Source: Malacoraja senta | Taxonomy: Eukaryota | Length of the DNA: 64,000 bases | Assembly: GCA_038087875.1 (NCBI GenBank) | Contig: CM075994.1 | Coordinates: forward strand, 6,822,001-6,886,000 | Direction of reading: 5' to 3' | Shown: positions 1-15,016 of the stretch, piece by piece | Layout of the letters: each line of letters opens with the position of its first letter | How positions within the stretch are numbered: position 1 is the first letter of the stretch | The notes under the pieces: model-generated | Seen by the model: only the letters and a program-made list of their open reading frames with translations | What the model was told of the DNA's origin: nothing | The model's database searches: none | Translations under genes and position numbers: made by a program

Positions 1-102
1 TGGAGCGGCAATGGGAGGCGGTGAGGGCTGGGGGTGATGTCGGCAGCCTCCACCATAACCTATATCCATTATAAAGAGGTCCGTAGTAACGAGGGCTTAC
101 TG
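1..102. mobile_element. Right end of a Tigger/pogo-like (Tc1/mariner superfamily) non-autonomous element, running off the window start
   Basis: Ends in ...CCGTAGTAACGAGGGCTTACTG followed by TA (103-104). The reverse complement CAGTAAGCCCTCGTTACTACGG resembles Tigger-type TIRs. The partner TIR is not in the window. Confidence 0.45.
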
Positions 103-850
103 TAATCTTTTGTTTCGTTTTGTTTAGATTAGTGTAGTTTAGTGTAGTTTAGTGTAGTTTAGTTTAGTTTAGTTTAGAGATACAGTGCAGAAATAGGCCC
201 TTCCTTGGATCTGAATTTGATTTCAAGGCTTCTCATAGTAACTTGCAAGAATTCGTTTAGTTTACAGATACAGCACAGATAAAGGCCCTTCGGCCCACCA
301 AGTCCGCACCGACCAGCGATCTCCGCTCATTAACACTACCTTACACAAACTAGGGACATTTTTTATCTTTATACCAAGCCAATTAACCGGTGGAGTTGCT
401 GCCTCACAGCACCAAAGACCCGGGTTCGATCCCAACTACGGGTGCTGTCTGTACGGAGTTTGTAAGCTCTCCCCGTAACCCGCGTGCGTTTTCTCCATGA
501 TCTCCAGTTTCCTCCCACACTCGAAAGACGTACAGGTTAATTGGTTTGGTATAAATGTAAATTGTCCCAAGTGTGTGTAGGATAGTGTTTGTGTGCGGGG
601 ATCGCTGGTCGGTGCGGACTCGTTGGGCCAAAGGGCTGTTTCTGTAAACCAAACTAAACTAATTCTTGTGAGTTACTATGGGAAGCCTTGAAATCAAATT
701 AAGATCCTAGGAAGAGGCCATTCGGCCTGCTGTATCTGTGCTGTCTTTCACTCTACACTTTGCTAATTAGACCTACAGTTTATAATGACAAATGCTGGAG
801 TAACTATCATTTTATACGTTTATAATTTACGTTCTTTTGTCTATCGACAG

Positions 851-955
851 GAAAAGGCTGTGAATCCCCAGACAATCTTCTATCAAGTATTCTCCCTGCC
901 GTCATTGTGCCATCAGTTGTCTTTGTTATATTCTTTGCAAGTTACGCCATACTGT
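851..955 (+). CDS. Transmembrane exon of an upstream single-pass membrane protein (gene A); extracellular exons lie before the window
   Basis: Acceptor TTCTTTTGTCTATCGACAG, donor CTGT|GTAAGT, 105 nt, phase 1-1. Reads xKGCESPDNLLSSILPAVIVPSVVFVIFFASYAIL (hydrophobic run of ~22 aa). The frame differs from listed ORF 785..1066. Confidence 0.75.
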
Positions 956-3109
956 GTAAGTAAAATTGCCACAAAGCATGTTTCACAGTCACAACAGACA
1001 GGCACTTCTCGACTTGCATTATGGGTTAAGTTTTGTGAACCCTTACATTCAACCATAGAAACATAGAAAAAAAAAAAAAGTGTTCGGCACGGACTTGAAG
1101 GGCCGAGATGGCCTGTTTCCGTGCTGTAATTGTTATATGTTACATGTTATATGTTATAAATGTTCCCTGGTGTGTGTAGGATAGCGTTAATGTGCGGGGA
1201 TCTGAAGAAGGGTCTTGCCCTGAAACGTCACCCATTCCTTCTCTCCAGAGATGCTGAATTACTTCACCATTCGGTTTAAACCAGCATCTGCAGTTCCTTT
1301 CTAAACATTGCTCAACTTGTGGTCTCAATAACGAGGTCAAGGTACCCGTTGCTTCATTCTGCAGACTCATAGATGATCTTTCGTTTTTGCAATTAAGGTT
1401 TGTGGACGGAAGCCATAGTCTCTGATGGAAATGATAGAGATGTGTGAAAAACAACATTTTAAACTATTGTGTAGGAAGGAACTGCAGATGCTGGTTTAAA
1501 TCGAAGATAGACACAAAATGCTGGAGTAACTCAGCGGGTCAGGCAGCATCTCTGGAGAGAATGAATGGGTGACATTTCGTGTTGAGACTGAAGAAGGGGT
1601 CTCGACCCAAAAACATCACCCATTCCTTGTCTACGATGATGCTGCCTGACCCACTGAGTTACTCCAGCATTTTGTGTCTATCTTCGATTTAAACCAGCAT
1701 CTGCAGTTCCTTTCTACACATGCAGTTTCAGCTTTGGATTTTCCTACTACTGTCATTTTTCTGCTCTTGTACCAACGGGTTTTTTTTTCAGAAGCTCTTT
1801 GTTACCTACCTCACTGAACATGTTTTTGGTCAAGCCTTGATGCTTAGATTAGTTTAGGTTTGTTTGGTTTAGTGATACAGTGTGGAAACGGGCCCTTCGG
1901 CCCTCGGAGTCCGTGCCGACCAGCGATCACCCCCTACATTATTTCTATCCTACACACTGGGGACAACTTACAGAAGTCAATTTACCTACAAGCCTGCATG
2001 TCCTTGTAAAATGCTTTGTAAACCCACGTGGTCACGGGGAGAATGTACAAACTCTTTACATATTACACCTTGGGTCAGGATAGATGCAGGGTCTCTGTCA
2101 CTGTGAGGCAGCAGCTGGGATGTGGACCAAGCACAGGCAGGTGGGACTGGTGTAGCTGGAACATGTTGGCAGGTGTGGGCAAGTTGGGCCGAAGGGCCTG
2201 TTTCCACACTGTATCACTTTATGACTCTTACTCTTCCACTGCCCCTCTGTGATTGTAATGGAGTAATCCTGTGGTAGGGGAAAGTTTTTGTGCTCTACAA
2301 TAATATTTTCACCATATCCCGCTTGCATGCACAGACCATCAAACTTTACTTTAGACTCTGGAGATACAGCGCAGAAACAGGCCCTTCGGCCCACCGAGTC
2401 CGCGCCGCCCACTGATCACCCCATACACTAGCACTATCCTACACACACTGGGGACAATTTGTCCCTCGAAATCAGCTTCCTGCAAGTACAATTGATATCT
2501 CACTAATCTTTACATCCTCATTGACTTCCACTTCCCATTAGTTTGGGCAATGTTTTCCACAGACTCTTTATATGAAGTTCCTGACCCTCTTTGAACGAGT
2601 TAAACGCTCAACTTCCTAGAGTCCGTCTTAAAGACATAATTAGTGCATTTAAAGCTTTCTGCTGGATTTTTAAAATCATCTGCTCTAGGGTTTTGCATGA
2701 ATTTTCATGAAATTAATAAGCAAATGGTTTTTGTTAGGCATGGGTTTATGAAAGTATTATGAAAATTAGGGAGCGTTAGGTGGTGCATGTTCCTGCCTCC
2801 ATAAATTCACAACTCTCTGGGTGAAAAAGTTTTTTCTCACCTCAGTCTTAAATGACCTCCCCTTTATTCTAAGACTGTGGCCCCTGGTTCTGGACTCGCC
2901 CAACATTGGGAACATTTTTCCTGCATCTAGCTTCTCCAGTCCTTTTATATTTTTATATGTTCTCTTGGCTTTTGCATGAATTTTCATGAAATTATTAAGC
3001 AAATATGGGGATTTTTGTTTTGCATGGTTTATGAGAGTATTATGAAAATTAGGGAGTGTTACGTGGCACAGTGGTTAAGTTGCTGCCCTGCAGCCCTTGC
3101 AGCACCGGA

Positions 3110-3945
3110 CACAATAGACAATAGGTGCAGGAGTAGGCCATTCGTTCCTTCGAGCCAGCACCGCCATTCACTGTGAACATCCACAATCCGTACCCTGTTC
3201 CTACCTTCTCCCCACATCCCTTAACTCCGCTATCTTTAAGAACTTTATCTAACTCTCTTGAAAGCATCCAGAGAATTGGCCTCCACTGCCTCCTGAGGCA
3301 GAGAATTCCACAGATTCACAACTCTCTCCGTGAAAATGTTTTTCCTCATGTACGTTCTAAATGGCCTCCCCCTTATTCTTAAACTGTGGCCCCTGGTTCT
3401 GGACTCCCCCAACATGTCTGGACTCCCCCAACAGGGAACGTGTTTCCTGCCTCTAGCGTGTCCAATCCCTTAATAATCTGAGCTGAGAGAATGGAGCAGC
3501 TGGGCTTGTACACTCTGGAGTTTAGAAGGATGAGAGGGGATCTTATTGAAACATATAAGATTGTTAAGGGCTTGGACACACTAGAGGCAGGAAACATGTT
3601 CCCGATGTTGGTAGAGTCCAGAACCAGGGGCCACAGTTTAAGAATAAGGAGAAAGCCATTTAGAACGGAGACGAGGAAACACTTTTTCTCACAGAGAGTT
3701 GTGAGTCTGTGGAATTCTCTGCCTCAGAGGGCAGTTGAGGCCGGTTCTCTGAATGCTTTCAAGAGAGAGCTAGATAAGGCTCTTAAAAATAGCGGAGTCA
3801 GGGTTATGGGGAGAAGGCAGGAACGGGGTACTGATTGGGGATGATCAGCCATGATCACATTGAATGGCGGTGCTGGCTCGAAGGGCCAAATGGCCTACTC
3901 CTGCACCTATTGTCTATTGTCTATTATCTATTATCTATTGTCTAA
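3110..3945. mobile_element. Two CR1 (HER1-like) LINE 3' fragments in opposite orientation
   Basis: 3480-3945 (+) encodes the CR1 ORF2 C-terminus (LGLYTLEFRRMRGDLIETYK...RTRGHSLRI...FFSQRVVSLWNSLP) plus 3'UTR and (CTATTGT)n tail. 3110-3400 is the same type on the minus strand. Confidence 0.85.
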
Positions 3946-6207
3946 TCTTATATGATTCAATAAGTTCCACTCGCATCCTTCTAAATTCCAGTATATCCAA
4001 GCCCAGTCGCTTCATTCTTTCAACATATGACAGTGCCGCCATCCCGGGAATTAACCTCGTGAACCCACGCCGCACTCTCTCAATAGCAAGAATGTTGTTC
4101 CTCAAATTTGGAGACCAGATGTGGTCTCACTAGGGCCCTGTAGAAGGACCTCTTTGCTCCTGTACTCAACTTATTTTGTTATGAAGGCCAACATGCCATT
4201 GTCTTTCTTCACTGCCTGCTGTACCTGCATGTACACAATGACCAGGGTTTTTGTATACAAACCCTCTTGAAACAAACGCTGGCCTTGCGTTGGTCTTTCT
4301 GCTGCCTGGAAAGCATGCAACAAAAGCTTTTCACTAATTCTGAGGCTACGACCTCTGGTCCTAGACTCTCCCACCAGTGGAAACATCTTTTCTACATCCA
4401 CTCTATCTATGCCTTTCATTATTTTGTCAGTTTCAATGAAGTCCCACCCCCATAACCTTCTAAACTCCAGCGAGTACAGGCCCAGTGCTGTCAAACACTC
4501 ACCATATTGCTAACCCACTCATTCCCGGGACCATTCTCGTAAATCTCCTCTGGACCCTCTCCAGAGCCAGCACATCCTTCCTCAGATATGGGGCCAAGAT
4601 TTGCTCAGCGGCCTGACCAAAGCCTTATAGAGCCTCAGCATTACATCTCTCTTTCTGTGTTCCAGTCCTCTGGTAAGACGTACGGGTTTGTAGGTTAATT
4701 TGCATGGTACAAAATGTTAATTGCCCCCTAGTGTGTGTAGGATAGTGTTAGTGAGCAGGGATCTGAAGAAGGGTATCGGCCCGAAATATCACCCATTCCT
4801 TCTCTCCAAAGACGCTGCCTGTCCTGCTGAGTTACTCCAGCATTTTGTGTCTATCTTCGGTTTAAACCAGCATCTGCAGTTCCTTTCTACACTTTCTGAC
4901 TCATGAGGACAAGGTACCTGTTGCTTTACTCTGCACACTCAGAGATGCTCTTTCGATTTTGCACTTAGCCCCCTTCTTCTTCTTTCGTGTGGCGTGCACA
5001 GCCTAAAGTTGTAGGGCAACTTGTTCTATTTGATCTTCCGTTTGTGCACGTCGAGTTGATTGCATTAGTCGAAACAGGGCAGACCACGTGAAGGTTGCAA
5101 TCTTCCACCCCTCCATTCTTCAAAACTCCAGCGAGTACAGGCCCAGCGGCAACAAACGCTCATCATGCGTTAACCCACTCATTCCTGGGATCATTCTTCT
5201 AAACCTCCTCTGGACACTCTCCAGAGCCACCAAGTAGAATTAGGCCATTCGGCCCATCAAGTCCAGTTTGGAAGAATGAGGGGCGACCTCATTGAAACAT
5301 ACAGAATAGTGAAAGGCTTGGATAGAGTGGATGTGGAGAGGATGTTTCCACGAATGGGAGAATCTAGGACTAGAGGTCACAGCCTCAGAATTAAAGGAGG
5401 TTCTTTTAGGAAGGAGATGAGCAGAAATGTATTTTGTCAGAGGGTGGTGAAGCTGTGGAATTCTTTGCCACAAAAGGCTGTGGAGGCCAAGTCAGTGGAT
5501 ATTTTTAAGGCAGAGATAGATAGATTCTTGATTAGCACGGGTGTCAAAGGTTATGGGGGAAAGGCAGGAGAATGGGGTTAGGAGAGAGAGATAGATCAGC
5601 CAGTGGTGAATGGCGGAGTGGACTTGATGGGCCGAATGGCCAAAATCTACTACTGTTCCTTATGAGCTCATGAAACATCACCCATTGCTACTCTCCAGAG
5701 ATGCTGCCTGTCCTGCTGAGTTACTCCAGCATTTTGTGTTTACGGTTCAAACCCGCATCTGCAGTTCCTTCCCACATGAAAGAATAGGCCTGTTAGTTAA
5801 CTCAATGAATATGGTTCACAGTGGCTGACAGTGGAAAAACTGAGCAATTTGCTCTCCTGTACCTTGCCATAATCTATTGCTAGGTTTTGACCGTGGAAAG
5901 TGTGTGAATGAATTTTCCATTAAATTAATAACTTAGTCCCACTCAATGGGTAGTCTAATAGGATGACTAACAACAGGAAAGTAAGCAGCTGCTCTGTGTT
6001 TGACCACGAACGGTAGAACAGCATTTATATCAAGAGGACTGGAACACAGAAACAGAGATGTAATGCTGAGGCTCGATAAGGCGCTGGTCAGGCCACATTT
6101 GGAGTACTGTGAGCAAATCTTGGCCCCATATCTGAGGAAGGATGTGCTGGCTCTGGAGAGGATACAGAGGAGGTTTACGAGAATGATCCCAGGAATGTGG
6201 GATAACA

Positions 6208-7562
6208 TTGGAGGGTAGCTAATGTTATCCCACTTTTTAAGAAAGGTGGGATAGAGAAAACAGGGAATTATAGGAATTATAGACCAGTTAGCCTGACATC
6301 GGTGATGGGGAAGATGCCAATTATAATAGATGAGATAGCCGAACATTTGGATAGCAGTAACAGGATCGGTCCGAGTCAGCATGGATTTACGAAGGGGAAA
6401 TCATGCTTGACTAATCTTCTGGAAATTTTTGAAGATGTAACTAGGAAAATGGACAAGGGAGAGCCAGTGGATGTAGTGTACCTGGACATTCAGAACGCAT
6501 TTGATAAGGTCCCACATAGGAGATTAATGGGCAAAATTAGGGCACATGGTATTGGTGGTAGAGTGCTGACATGGATAGTGAAGTGGTTGGCAGACAGGAA
6601 ACAAAGAGTAGGGATTAAAGGGTCCCTTTCAGAATGGCAGGCAGTGACTAGTGGGGTACCGCAAGGCTCGGTGCTGGGACCGCTGCTATTTACAATATAC
6701 ATCAATGATTTGGATGAAGGGATTCAAAGTAACATTAGCAAATTTGCAGATGACACAAAGCTGGGTGGCGGTGTGAACTGTGAGGAGGATGTTATGAGAA
6801 TGCAGGGTGACTTGGACAGGTTGGGGGAGTGGGCAGATGCATGGCAGATGAAGATTAATGCGGATATATGTGAGGTTATCCACTTTGGTAGCAAAAACAG
6901 GAAGGCAGATTACTATCTAAATGGCATCAAGTTTGGAAAAAAGGAAGTACAACAGGATCTGGGATTCCTTGTACATCACTCTATGAAAGTAAACATGCAG
7001 GTAGAGCAGGTAATGAAGAAAGCGAATGGCATGTTGGCCTTTATAACATGACGAATCGAATATAGGACCAAAGAGGTCCTTCTGCAGTTGTACAGAGCCT
7101 TAGTGAGACCACACCTGGCGTATTGTGTGCAGTTTTGGTCCCCTAATTTGAGGAAGGACATTCTTGTTATTGAGGGAGTGCAGCGTAGGTTTACAAGGTT
7201 AATTCCCGGGATGGCGGGACTGTCATATGCTGAGAGAATGGAGCAGCTGGGCTTGTACACTCTGGAGTTTAGAAGGATGAGAGGGAATTTCATTGAAACA
7301 TATAAGATTGTTAAGGGTTTGGACACGCTAGAGGCAGGAAACATGTTCCCGATGTTGGGAGTGTCCAGAACCAGGGGCCACAGTTTAAGAATAAGGACAA
7401 CTTGTTCTATTTGATCTTCTGTTTGTGCGGAGTCAGGGATTATGGGGAGAAGGCAGGAACGGGGTACTGATTTGGGATGATCAGCCATGATCACCTTGAA
7501 GGGCGGTGCTGGCTCGAAGGGCCAAATGGCCTACTCCTGCACCTATTGTCTTTTGTCTATTG
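6208..7562 (+). mobile_element. 5'-truncated CR1 (HER1-like) LINE, degenerate reverse transcriptase to 3' tail
   Basis: ORFs 6302..7051 and 7088..7414 contain QHGF, VYLDIQNAFDKVPH, GVPQGSVLGP, FADD and LVRPHLAYCVQFWSP. In-frame stop at 7049-7051. CR1 3'UTR and CTATTGT tail. Confidence 0.92.
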
Positions 7563-7756
7563 ATTGATGCATGGTAGGAAGAAGATAATGCAATAAAACA
7601 AAAGATAGTGTTAATGTGCAGGGATCGCTGGTCGGCACAGATTCAGTGGGCCAAAGGGCCTGTTTCCGCACTATATCTCTAAACTAAACTAAACTAAAAT
7701 GCATGACATAATGTGGAAAGAAAAAACTGCGGATGCTGGTTTATACCAAAGTTAGA

Positions 7757-9584
7757 CACATAGAAACATAGAAACAAAGAAAATAGGTGCAAGAGTAGGC
7801 CATTCAGCCCTTCGAGCCATTCAATGTGATCATGGCTGATCATCCAACTCTGTATCCTGTACCTGCTTTCTCTCCATACCCCCTGATCCCTTTAGCCACA
7901 AGGGCCACATCTAACTCCCTCTTAAATATAGCCAATGAACTGGCCTCAACTACCTTCTGTGGCAGAGACTTCCAGAGACTCACCACTCTCTGTGTGAACA
8001 ATGTTTTTCTCATCTCAGTCCTAAAGGATTTCTCCTTTATCCTTAAACTGTGACCCCATGTTCTGGACTTCCCCAACATCAGGAACAATCTTCCTGCATC
8101 TAGCCTGTCCAACCCCTTAAGAATTTTGTAAGTTTCTATAAGATCCCCCCTCAATCTTCTAAATTCTAGCGAGTACAAGCCGAGTCTATCCAGTCTTTCT
8201 TCATATGAAAGTCCTGACATCCCAGGAATCAGTCTGTTGAACCTTCTCTATACTCCCTCTATGGCAAGAATGTCCTTCCTCAGATTAGGAGACCAAAACT
8301 GTACGCAATACTCCAGGTGTGGTCTCACCAAGACCCTGTATAACTGCAGTAGAACCTCCCTGCTCCTATACTCAAATCCTTTTGCTATGAATGCTAACAT
8401 ACCATTCGCTTTCTTCACTGCCTGCTGCACCTACATGCCTACTTTCAATGACTGGTGTACCATGACACACAGGTCTCGTTGCATCTCCCCTTTTCCTAAT
8501 CGGCCACCATTCAGATAATAGTCTACTTTCCTGTTTTTGCCACCAAAGTGGATAACCTCACATTTATCCACATTATACTGCATCTGCCATGCATTTGCCC
8601 ACTCACCCAGTCTATCCAAGTCATCTTGCAGCCTCATAGCACCCTCCTCACAGCTAACACTGCCCCCCAGCTTCGTGTCATCCGCAAACTTGGAGATGTT
8701 GCATTCAATTCCCTCATCCAAATCATTAATATATATATTGTAAATAGCTGGGGTCCCAGCAGTGAGCCTTGCGGTACCCCACTAGTCACTGCCTGCCATT
8801 CTGAAAAGGACCCGTTAACTCCTACTCTTTGCTTCCTGTCTGCCAGCCAGTTCTCTATCCACATCAATACTTAACCCCCAATACCGTGTGCTTTAAGTTT
8901 GTATACTAATCTCTTATGTGGGACCTTGTTGAAAGCCTTCTGAAAGTCCAGATATAACACATCCACTGGTTCTCCCTTATCCACTCTACTAGTTACAACC
9001 TCGAAAAATTCTATAAATTTGTCAGACATGATTTACCTTTCATAAATCCATGCTGACTTTGTCCAATGATTTCACCATTTTCCAAATGTGCTGCTATCCC
9101 ATCTCTAATAACTGACTAGCAGTTTCCCCACTACCGATGTTAGACTAACTGGTCTGTAATTCCCCGTTTTCTCTCTCCCTCCCTTTTTAAAAAGTGGGGT
9201 TACATTAGCTACCCTCCAATCCTCAGGAACTACTCCAGAGTCGAAAGAGTTGGGAAAAATTATCACTAATGCATCCACTACTTCTGGGGCTACTTCCTTA
9301 AGTACTCTGGGATGCAGCCTATCTGGCCCTGGGGATTTATCGGCCTTTAATCCATTCAATTTACCTAACACCACTTCCCGGCTAACTTGGATTTCACTCA
9401 GTTCCTCCATCTCATTTGACCCCCAGTCCCCTGCTATTTCTGGCAGATTAATTAAGTCTTCCTTAGTGAAGACAGAACCAAAGTAGTTATTCAATTGGTC
9501 TGCCATGTCCTTGTTCCCCATGATCAATTCACCTGTTTCTGACTGCAAGGGACCTACATTTGTTTTAACTAATCTTTTTCTCAA
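7757..9584 (-). mobile_element. 5'-truncated CR1 LINE with frameshifted ORF2 (tether + RT + C-terminus)
   Basis: Minus-strand ORFs 9105..9584 (KSPGPD, WRVANVTPLFKKG, NYRPVSLTS), 8634..8867 (GVPQGS), 8431..8721 (FADD), 8248..8430 and 7840..8220. (TTTCTATG)n-like tail at ~7757-7785. Confidence 0.92.
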
Positions 9585-10469
9585 GTGCTGGAGTATGTCA
9601 TGTCTAAATATGTAAAGATGGACACAAAGTGCTGGAGTAACCCAGCGAGTCAGGCAACATCTCTGAGGAAAAAGATGGGCGACATTTTGAGTCGGACTGA
9701 AAGAGGGTCCCGACCAGAAACTTCACCCATCCTTTTTCTTCAGAGATGCTGCCCGACCCGCTGAATTGCTCCTGCACTTTGTGTCCATCTTTACATATTT
9801 AAACATGACCTACTGGACTAAATCAGTGGTTCAGGCTGCATCTGTGGAGAACACGGACAGTTGATGTTTTGGGTCGGGACCCTTCTTCAGACCCGGTCCT
9901 GACCCAAAACGTCACCTATCCAAGTTATCCAGAGATGCTGCCAGACCCTCTGAGTTAGTCCAGCGTTTTGTGCCTACCTTCGGTATAAACCAGCATTTCC
10001 AGTTCATTTTTATTACTATGACCGCTGGATTTTGTTGACATATGGATATGAACAGTTTTGTAGTTGTTAGTTAATGCTGAACAATGTAACGCTGCTACCA
10101 AAGTAGTGAAGTTACAGATCAGAAGAACTCTTGAACATTTGTACTGATCTTAATCTTGGACAGAATCCAACTTGATTACTAAGCTACAAATCAAAATATT
10201 AAAATTCCCAAGCAACCAAAAACAATTTAGGAGAGGAACTCAGTGGGAGAGGCAGATTCTTAAACTTCCTATGGACCCTATACAAGACCAGCACATCCTT
10301 CCTCGGATATGGTGCCAAAGAACAGCTCACAATACTCCAAATGCAGCCTCATCTCACTTTATAAACCTTCAGCATTTTATCCTTGCTTTTGTATTCTAGT
10401 GTTCTCAAAATGAATGCTAACAATGCATTGGCTCTAATTAATAATTAGATTAAGAAAGATTCAGACTGA

Positions 10470-12980
10470 GTATTGAGTGTAGAGGTCGGGAGGTCATGTT
10501 TCAATTGTATAAGACGTTGGTGAGGCCGCATTTAGAGTCTTGTGTTCAGTTCTGGTCACCGTGTTATAGGAAAGATATTGTCAAGCTGGAAAGGGTTCAG
10601 GGAAGATTTACGAGGATGCTGGCAAGGCAAGATGGTCTGAGCTAGAGAGAGAGGCTGGGTCTCTATTCATTGGAGCGCAGGAGGATGAGGGATGATCTTA
10701 CACGTGTGTGTAAAATCATGAGAGGAATAGATCGGGTAGATGCACAGAGTCTCTTGCCCAGAGTAGGGGAATCGAGGACCAGAAGGTATAGGTTTAAGGT
10801 GAAGGGGAATCGAGGACCAGAAGGTATAGGTTTAAGGTGAAGGGAAAATGATTTAATAGGAATGTGAGGGGTGACTTTTTCACACAAAGGGTGGTGGGTG
10901 CATGGAATGAGCTGCTGGAGGAGGTAGTCGAGGCAGGGACTATCCCAATGTTTAAGAAACAGTTAGATAAGTACATGGATAAGACAAGTTTGGAGGGATA
11001 TGGACCAAACACAGGCAGGTGCGACTAGTGTAGGTGTGTCATGTTGGCCGGTGTGGGAAGTTGGGACGCAGGGCCTGTTTCCATGCTGTATCGCTCAATG
11101 GCGATGTCTCTAAGAAATCAGATAACCTTTTTTTCTCAATCTAATAACAGCATATCAAACTTTTTATTGCAGATTTATTAATTTAAAACCACTGTGCGTG
11201 GCCAGAACAAATTTCGGCACTTTCCTCATCTGCGTTTAGTTTGTGATACCATAATAACTGCATTCAGATCACAATGCAACACGGTGCTCTTTTGTTCGCT
11301 GTCTAATGTAAACCTTTGTTCAAATGCACAAGGAAGTTCCATACAAAGCTGTTAATTCTAGGTACATGTTTTTGCATGCTGAGACTTCAGACTGCGGTAT
11401 GAGGAAATTGTTTAATTTAACGATACAGCATGGAAACAGGCCCTTCGGCACAACGACCCCGCGCCGACCAGCGATCCCCGCACACTATCACTATCCTACA
11501 CACGCTAGGGACAATTTTACATTCATACCAAGCCAATCAACCTACAAACCTGTACGTCTACAGTTTACAGTTTAATTTATTGTCACGTGTACCATGGTAC
11601 AGTGAAAAGCTCTGGAGTGTGGAAGGAAACCGAAGCACCCGGAGAAAACACACGCAGGTCATGGGGGAAACGTGCAAACTCCGTACAGACAGCATCTATG
11701 ATGAGCGTTTGTTGGCACTGGGCCTGTACTCGCTGGAGTTTATCAGAATGAGAGGCGACCTCATTGAAACGTACCGAATAGTGAAAGGCTTGGATAGAGT
11801 GGATGTGGATAGGATGTTTCCTCTAGTGGGAGAGTCTAGGCCTAGAGGTCACAGCCTCAGAATTGAAGGACGTTCCTTTAGGAAGGAGATGAGGAGAAAT
11901 TTCTTTAGTCAGAGGGTGGTGAATCTGTGGAATTCTTTGCCACAGAAGGCTGTGGAGGCCATCAGTGGATATATTTAAGGCAGAGATAGATAGATTCTTG
12001 ATTAGTATGGGTGTCAGGAGTCATGGGGAGAAGGCAGGAGAATGGGGTTGGGAGGGAGAGATAGATCAGCCACGATTGAATGGCGGGGTAGATATGATGG
12101 GCTGAATGGCCTAATTCTGCTCCTATCACTTATGACCTGATGACTCGTGTTTGTCTTCGATATGAACCAGTATCTGCATTTCTATGTTTTTACAACTTGT
12201 CATGTGGTCTGGTCCACAGATACAAAACACAAGCAGCAAATGAAAACAAGGCAACAAGAGGTACGTAATGAACAGCAAGACTGCGTGAGTAACCGCACAT
12301 AAAGGAAATTAGAAACAGTGGCATTAGTCCAAGTTATGCAATGGGGAATCACAACTGTGGTTAGAGAATGTGGTACGGTGGCGCAGCGGTAGAGTTGCAG
12401 CCTCACGCCGCCAGAGACCCGGGTTCGATCCCGACTACGGGTGCTATCTGTGTGGTGTTTGGACATAGAGTCATAGAGTAATACAGTGTGGAAACAGGCC
12501 CTTCGTCCCAACGCCCACACCGGCCAACATGTCCAAGCTACACTAGTCTGTGTTTGGCACATATCACTCCAAACCTGTCCTATCCATGTACCTGTCTAAC
12601 TGATTCTTAAATGTTGGGATAATCCCAGCCTCAACTACCTCCTCTGGCAGCTTGTTGCATACACCCACCACCCTTTGTGTGAAAAATTTATCTCTCAGAT
12701 TCCTATTAAATCTTTTCCCCTTCACCTTAAACCTATGTCCTCTGGTCCTCGATTCACCTACTCCGGGCAAGAGACTCTGTGCATCTACCCAATCTATTCC
12801 TCTCATGATTTTGTACACCTCTATAAGATCACCCCTCATCCTCCTGTGCTCCCAGCCTACTCAACCTTTCCCTATAGCTCGGACCCTCTAGTCCTGGCAA
12901 CATCCTTGTAAATCTTCGCTGTACCCTTTCCAGTTTGACAACATCTTTCCCACAAAACAGTGGCCAGAACTGAACATGAT
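10470..12980. mobile_element. Cluster of CR1 3' fragments (10470-11110 +, 11697-12140 +, 12465-12980 -) interleaved with SINEs
   Basis: Recurring CR1 C-terminal peptide (RGDLIEVYKIMRG...RTRGHRFKV...FFTQRVVGVWN) and CR1 3'UTR GGGCCGAAGGGCCTGTTTCC. Confidence 0.8.
12220..12260 (+). CDS. Gene A juxtamembrane cytoplasmic exon
   Basis: CCACAG| acceptor, GAG|GTACGT donor, 41 nt, phase 1-0. Joined to 955 it gives (Y)TKHKQQMKTRQQE, a basic stop-transfer segment. Confidence 0.6.
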
Positions 12981-13235
12981 ACTCTGTACGTTGTACATTT
13001 AAGAAACATTTAAGTACATGGATAGGTCAGGTTTGGACGGATATGAGCCAAATACAGACAGGTGGGACCATTGGGCCGGTGTGGGCCGGTGTGGGCAAGT
13101 TGGATACAACGAGCCTGTTTCCACACTGTAAAAGTCAACTCCACAAACCTTGTGACACACACTTAGTCATTTGCTCTAAAATTTAAATCAAATCACCTTA
13201 AGGGCGGCCACGGTGGTGCAGCGGTAGAGTTGCTG

Positions 13236-15016
<1,781 letters not shown>

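Noticed and set aside
785..1066. 93-aa ORF overlapping the TM exon
   Set aside because: The splice-bounded TM reading is in another frame; this ORF runs through intron and repeat sequence.
2563..2594. Possible short terminal exon (Y)SLYEVPDPL-stop after TTTTCCACAG
   Set aside because: Phase-compatible with the TM exon but only 10 codons and lacking basic stop-transfer residues; the 12220 exon fits better. Not excluded as a minor isoform.
6302..9584. Potentially active CR1 ORF2
   Set aside because: Both long copies are 5'-truncated (no endonuclease) and contain stops or frameshifts.
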